NCBI GenBank assembly: GCA_964016885.1
Contig: OZ024762.1
Location: forward strand, 29,698,001 to 29,762,000
DNA length: 64,000 bases
Direction of reading: 5' to 3'
From: Eledone cirrhosa
Taxonomy: Eukaryota
In this document: in pieces, positions 57,701-64,000 of the stretch
Layout of the letters: each line of letters begins with the position of its first letter
Numbering within the stretch: the first letter of the stretch is position 1
Program-made: the position numbers and the translations under genes
Notes under the pieces: generated by a model
Told to the model about the DNA's origin: nothing
The model's input: the letters and a program-made list of their open reading frames with translations, nothing else
The model's database searches: none

Positions 57701-59560
57701 TGGATCCCCTTCCTAACACCAACTACGCTTACAGTGTGGAACTGGGAGGTTTTTACCGTGTTGCCTACACGGCCACATTACAGCGTGGACTGTCTGGCGG
57801 GTTTTCTACAGCTGGATGCCCTTCCTAACACCAACCACATTTACAGTGTGGACTGGGAGATTTTTACCGTGTTGCCTACACGGCCACATTACAGCGTGGA
57901 CTGTCTGGCGGGTTTTCTACGGCTGGATGCCCTTCCTAACACCAACCACATTTACAGTGTGGACTGGGAGGTTTTTACCGTGTTGCGTACACGGCCACAT
58001 TACAGCGTGGACTGTCTGGCGGGTTTTCTACGGCTGGATGCCCTTCCTAACACCAACCACATTTAGTGTGGGGTTGCGTGGTTTTTACTGTGTTGCTTAC
58101 ACGGCCACATTATAGCGTGGACTGTCTGGCGGGTTTTCTGCGGCTGGATGCCCTTCCTAACACCAACCACATTTACAGTGTGGACTGGGAGGTTTTTACC
58201 GTGTTGCCTACACGGCCACATTACAGCGTGGACTGTCTGGCGGGTTATCTACGGCTGGATGCCCTTCCTAACACCAACCACATTTACAGTGTGGACTGGG
58301 AGGTTTTTACCGTGTTGCCTACACGGCCACATTACAGCGTGGACTGTCTGGCGGGTTTTCTACGGCTGGATGCCCTTCCTAACACCAACCACATTTACAT
58401 TGTGGACTGGGAGATTTTTACCGTGTTGCCTACACGGCCACATTACAGCGTGGACTGACTGGCGGGTTTTCTACAGCTGGATGCTCTTCCTAACACCAAC
58501 CACATTTACAGTGTGGACTGGGAGATTTTTACCGTGTTGCCTACACGGCCACATTACAGCGTGGACTGTCTGGCGGGTTTTCTACGGCTGGATGTCCTTC
58601 CTAACACCAACCACATTTACAGTGTGGGGCTGGGAGGTTTTTACTGTGTTGCCTACACAGCCACATTACAGCGTGGACTGTCTGGCGGGTTTTCTACGGC
58701 TGGATGCCCTTCCTAACACCAACCACATTTACAGTGTGGGCTGGGAGGTTTTTACCGTGTTGCGTACACGGCCACATTACAGTGTGGACTGTCTGGCGGG
58801 TTTTCTACAGCTGGATGCCCTTCCTAACACCAACTACGCTTACAGTGTGGAACTGGGAGGTTTTTACCGTGTTGCCTACACGGCCACATTACAGCGTGGT
58901 CTGTCTGGCGGGTTTTCTACAGCTGGATGTCCTTCCTAACACCAACCACATTTACAGTGTGGACTGGGAGAATGTTACCGTGTTGCCTACACGGCCACAT
59001 TACAGCGTGGACTGTCTGGCGGGTTTTCTACGGCTGGATGCCCTTCCTAACACCAACCACATTTACAGTGTGGACTGGGAGGTTTTTACCGTGTTGCCTA
59101 CACGGCCACATTACAGCATGGACTGTCTGGCGGGTTTTCTACAGCTGGATGCCCTTCCTAACACCAACCACATTTACAGTGTGGACTGGGAGATTTTTAC
59201 CGTGTTGCCTACACGGCCACATTACAGCGTGGACTGTCTGGCGGGTTATCTACGGCTGGATGCCCTTCCTAACACCAACCACATTTACAGTGTGGACTGG
59301 GAGGTTTTTACCGTGTTGCCTACACGGCCACATTACAGCGTGGACTGTCTGGCGGGTTTTCTACGGCTGGATGCCCTTCCTAACACCAACATCGGTTACA
59401 GTGTGGAACTGGGAGGTTTTTACCGTGTTGCCTACACGGCCACATTACAGCGTGGACTGTCTGGCGGGTTTTCTACAGCTGGATGCCCTTCCTAACACCA
59501 ACCACATTTACAGTGTGGACTGGGAGATTTTTACCGTGTTGCCTACACGGCCACATTACA
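54740..59560. repeat. ~4.8-kb block, copy 2 of the 9453-bp-offset duplication
   Basis: Carries the same private variants as 45290-50105 at +9453. Confidence 0.9.
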
Positions 59561-59649
59561 GCGTGGACTGTCTGGCGGGTTTTCTACGGCTGGATGCCCT
59601 TCCTAACACTAACCACATTTACAGTGTGGACTGGGAGGTTTTTACCGTG

Positions 59650-62600
59650 TTGCCTACACGGCCACATTACACCGTGGACTGTCTGGCGGGTTTTCTACGG
59701 CTGCATGCCCTTCCTAACACCAACCACATTTACAGTGTGGGGCTGGGAGGTTTTTACTGTGTTGCCTACACAGCCACATTACAGTGTGGACTGTCTGGCG
59801 GGTTTTCTACAGCTGGATGCCCTTCCTAACACCAACTACGTTTACAGTGTGGAACTGGGAGGTTTTTACCGTGTTGCCTACACGGCCACATTACAGCGTG
59901 GACTGTCTGGCGGGTTTTCTACGGCTGGATGCCCTTCCTAACACCAACCACATTTACAGTGTGGGCTGGGAGGTTTTTACCGTGTTGCCTACACGGCCAC
60001 ATTACAGCGAGGACTGTCTGGCGGGTTTTCTACAGCTGGATGCCCTTCCTAACACCAACCACATTTACAGTGTGGACTGGGAGATCTTTACCGTGTTGCC
60101 TACACGGCCACATTACAGCGTGGACTGTCTGGCGGGTTTTCTACGGCTGGATGCCCTTCCTAACACCAACCACATTTACAGTGTGGACTGGGAGGTTTTT
60201 ACCGTGTTGTCTACACGGCCACATTACAGCGTGGACTGTCTGGCGGGTTATCTACTGCTGGATGCCCTTCCTAACACCAACCACATTTACAGTGTGGAAC
60301 TGGGAGGTTTTTACCGTGTTGCCTACACGGCCACATTACAGCGTGGACTGTCTGGCGGGTTTTCTACGGTTGGATGCTATTCCTAACACCAACCACATTT
60401 ACATTTTGGACTGGGAGATTTTTACCGTGTTGCCTACACGGCCACATTACAGCGTGGACTGTCTGGCGGGTTATCTACGGCTGGATGCCCTTCCTAACAC
60501 CAACCACATTTACAGTGTGGAACTGGGAGGTTTTTACCGTGTTGCCTACACGGCCACATTACAGCGTGGACTGTCTGGCGGGTTTTCTACGGCTGGATGC
60601 TATTCCTAACACCAACCACATTTACAGTGTGGACTGGGAGATTTTTACCGTGTTGCCTACACGGCCACATTACAGCGTGGACTGACTGGCGGGTTTTCTA
60701 CAGCTGGATGCTCTTCCTAACACCAACCACATTTACAGTGTGGACTGGGAGATTTTTACCGTGTTGCCTACACGGCCACATTACAGCGTGGACTGTCTGG
60801 CGGGTTTTCTACGGCTGGATGCCCTTCCTAACACCAACCACATTTACAGTGTGGGGCTGGGAGGTTTTTACTGTGTTGCCTACACAGCCACATTACAGCG
60901 TGGACTGTCTGGCGGGTTTTCTACAGCTGGATGCCCTTCCTAACACCAACCACATTTACAGTGTGGGCTGGGAGGTTTTAACCGTGTTGCCTACACGGCC
61001 ACATTACAGTGTGGACTGTCTGGCGGGTTTTCTACAGCTGGATGCCCTTCCTAACACCAACTACGCTTACAGTGTGGAACTGGGAGGTTTTTACCGTGTT
61101 GCCTACACGGCCACATTACAGCGTGGACTGTCTGGCGGGTTTTCTACAGCTGGATGCCCTTCCTAACACCAACCACATTTACAGTGTGGACTGGGAGATT
61201 TTTACCGTGTTGCCTACACGGCCACATTACAGCGTGGACTGTCTGGCGGGTTTTCTACGGCTGGATGCCCTTCCTAACACCAACCACATTTACAGTGTGG
61301 ACTGGGAGGTTTTTACCGTGTTGCCTACACGGCCACATTACAGCGTGGACTGTCTGGCGGGTTTTCTACAGCTGGATGCCCTTCCTAACACCAACCACAT
61401 TTACAGTGTGGACTGGGAGATTTTTACCGTGTTGCCTACACGGCCACATTACAGCGTGGACTGTCTGGCGGGTTTTCTACGGCTGGATGCCCTTCCTAAC
61501 ACCAACCACATTTACAGTGTGGACTGGGAGGTTTTTACCGTGTTGCCTACAAGGCCACATTACAGCGTGGACTGTCTGGCGGGTTATCTACGGCTGGATG
61601 CCCTTCCTAACACCAACCACATTTACATTGTGGACAGGGAGATTTTTACCGTGTTGCCTACACGGCCACATTACAGCGTGGACTGTCTGGCGGGTTTTCT
61701 ACAGCTGGATGCCCTTCCTAACACCAACCACATTTACAGTGTGGACTGGGAGATTTTTACCGTGTTGCCTACACGGCCACATTACAGCGTGGACTGTCTG
61801 GCGGGTTTTCTACGGCTGGATGCCCTTCCTAACACCAACCACATTTACAGTGTGGACTGGGAGGTTTTTACCGTGTTGCCTACAAGGCCACATTACAGCG
61901 TGGACTGTCTAGCGGGTTATCTACGGCTGGATGCCCTTCCTAACACCAACCACATTTACAGTGTGGACTGGGAGGTTTTTACCGTGTTGCCTACACGGCC
62001 ACATTACAGCGTGGACTGTCTGGCGGGTTTTCTACAGCTGGATGCCCTTCCTAACACCAACTACGTTTACAGTGTGGAACTGGGAGGTTTTTCCCGTGTT
62101 GCCTACACGGCCACATTACAGCGTGGACTGTCTGGCGGGTTTTCTACAGCTGGATGCCCTTCCTAACACCAACCACATTTACAGTGTGGACTGGGAGATC
62201 TTTACCGCGTTGCCTACACGGCCACATTACAGCGTGGACTGTCTGGCGGGTTTTCTACGGCTGGATGCCCTTCGTAACACCAACCACATTTACAGTGTGG
62301 ACTGGGAGGTTTTTACCGTGTTGTCTACACGGCCACATTACAGCGTGGACTGTCTGGCGGGTTATCTACGGCTGGATGCCCTTCCTAACACCAACCACAT
62401 TTACAGTGTGGAACTGGGAGGTTTTTACCGTGTTGCCTACACGGCCACATTACAGCGTGGACTGTCTGGCGGGTTTTCTACGGCTGGATGCTATTCCTAA
62501 CACCAACCACATTTACATTTTGGACTGGGAGATTTTTACCGTGTTGCCTACACGGCCACATTACAGCGTGGACTGTCTGGCGGGTTATCTACGGCTGGAT

Positions 62601-63040
62601 GCCCTTCCTAACACCAACCACATTTACAGTGTGGAACTGGGAGGTTTTTACCGTGTTGCCTACACGGCCACATTACAGCGTGGACTGTCTGGCGGGTTTT
62701 CTACGGCTGGATGCTATTCCTAACACCAACCACATTTACAGTGTGGACTGGGAGATTTTTACCGTGTTGCCTACACGGCCACGTTACAGCGTGGACTGTC
62801 TGGCGGGTTATCTACGGCTGGATGCCCTTCCTAACACCAACCACATTTACAGTGTGGACTGGGAGGTTTTTACCGTGTTGCCTACACGGCCACATTACAG
62901 CGTGGACTGTCTGGCGGGTTTTCTACGGCTGGATGCCCTTCCTAACACCAACCACATTTACATTGTGGACTGGGAGATTTTTACCGTGTTGCCTACACGG
63001 CCACATTACAGCGTGGACTGACTGGCAAGTTTTCTACAGC
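59650..63040. repeat. ~3.4-kb copy of the window-start haplotype (~400-3905)
   Basis: TACACCGTGG 421/59668 and TATCTACTGCTGG ~1002/60249 (offset 59247). GGTTTTAACCG 1839/60974, GGACAGGG 2497/61632 and GGCAAGTTTT 3889/63024 (offset 59135 after loss of one 112-bp unit). Confidence 0.92.
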
Positions 63041-64000
63041 TGGATCCCCTTCCTAACACCAACTACGCTTACAGTGTGGAACTGGGAGGTTTTTACCGTG
63101 TTGCCTACACGGCCACATTACAGCGTGGACTGTCTGGCGGGTTTTCTACAGCTGGATGCCCTTCCTAACACCAACCACATTTACAGTGTGGACTGGGAGA
63201 TTTTTACCGTGTTGCCTACACGGCCACATTACAGCGTGGACTGTCTGGCGGGTTTTCTACGGCTGGATGCCCTTCCTAACACCAACCACATTTACAGTGT
63301 GGACTGGGAGGTTTTTACCGTGTTGCGTACACGGCCACATTACAGCGTGGACTGTCTGGCGGGTTTTCTACGGCTGGATGCCCTTCCTAACACCAACCAC
63401 ATTTAGTGTGGGGTTGCGTGGTTTTTACTGTGTTGCTTACACGGCCACATTATAGCGTGGACTGTCTGGCGGGTTTTCTGCGGCTGGATGCCCTTCCTAA
63501 CACCAACCACATTTACAGTGTGGACTGGGAGGTTTTTACCGTGTTGCCTACACGGCCACATTACAGCGTGGACTGTCTGGCGGGTTATCTACGGCTGGAT
63601 GCCCTTCCTAACACCAACCACATTTACAGTGTGGACTGGGAGGTTTTTACCGTGTTGCCTACACGGCCACATTACAGCGTGGACTGTCTGGCGGGTTTTC
63701 TACGGCTGGATGCCCTTCCTAACACCAACCACATTTACATTGTGGACTGGGAGATTTTTACCGTGTTGCCTACACGGCCACATTACAGCGTGGACTGACT
63801 GGCGGGTTTTCTACAGCTGGATGCTCTTCCTAACACCAACCACATTTACAGTGTGGACTGGGAGATTTTTACCGTGTTGCCTACACGGCCACATTACAGC
63901 GTGGACTGTCTGGCGGGTTTTCTACGGCTGGATGTCCTTCCTAACACCAACCACATTTACAGTGTGGGGCTGGGAGGTTTTTACTGTGTTGCCTACACAG
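63041..64000. repeat. Third copy of the 48250/57701 segment (offset 5340 from copy 2)
   Basis: GGATCCCCTT at 48249/57702/63042 and TTTTCTGCGG at 48681/58134/63474. Identical ORFs 48613/58066/63406. Confidence 0.88.

Larger units (their letters stand above)
1..64000. repeat. Satellite DNA array, 111-bp monomer (109-113-bp length variants), ~575 tandem copies, single orientation, running off both window ends
   Basis: The same unit recurs every 111 bp (GGATGC at 12, 123, 234, 345...) to the end of the window. ORF translations are 37-aa repeats. I saw no unique sequence, inversion or insertion. Confidence 0.99.

Noticed and set aside
14-63798. Hundreds of overlapping plus-strand ORFs encoding 37-aa repeats (LDALPNTNHIYSVDWEVFTVLPTRPHYSVDCLAGFLR and MPFLTPTTFTVWTGRFLPCCLHGHITAWTVWRVFYGW)
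   Set aside because: 111 is divisible by 3 and two frames lack stops by chance. Frequent 110- and 112-bp monomers shift the frame and variants introduce stops. There is no recognisable domain, no unique terminus and no apparent codon-position bias.
1-64000. CRISPR-like array (alternating ~20-bp CCACATT(T)ACAGYGTGGACTG repeats with 29/42-bp intervals)
   Set aside because: The intervals are themselves constant repeats rather than unique spacers. No cas genes or leader are present.
1-64000. Whole window as a simple ~59-kb super-repeat
   Set aside because: Identity with the window start holds only for ~59650-63040, after which the sequence reverts to the 57.7-kb haplotype instead of continuing the 3.9-kb haplotype.

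Overview
The whole 64-kb window is one uninterrupted head-to-tail tandem array (eukaryotic satellite DNA) of a 111-bp monomer, about 575 copies at ~53% GC, all in one orientation. Consensus, e.g. at 121-231: CTGGATGCCCTTCCTAACACCAACCACATTTACAGTGTGGACTGGGAGGTTTTTACCGTGTTGCCTACACGGCCACATTACAGCGTGGACTGTCTGGCGGGTTTTCTACGG. I find no supportable genes, RNA genes, CRISPR array or inserted transposons. The ORFs are an artefact of a 37-codon period with two stop-free frames. Structure is present at several scales. (i) The monomer is a diverged 49+62-bp dimer with several short inverted repeats. (ii) Its minus strand closely resembles, from my recollection, the RTE-5'UTR-derived body of cephalopod (Octopus) SINEs, so this may be a retroposon-derived satellite. 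(iii) Monomer variants follow a conserved ancestral order. (iv) Recent duplications with periods of 12, 16, 23, 27, 20, 26, 46, 50/51 and 85 monomers tile the window. (v) A 3.4-kb haplotype from the window start reappears ~59 kb away with sharply mappable junctions. Block boundaries were estimated by eye from diagnostic variants and ORF-track offsets.
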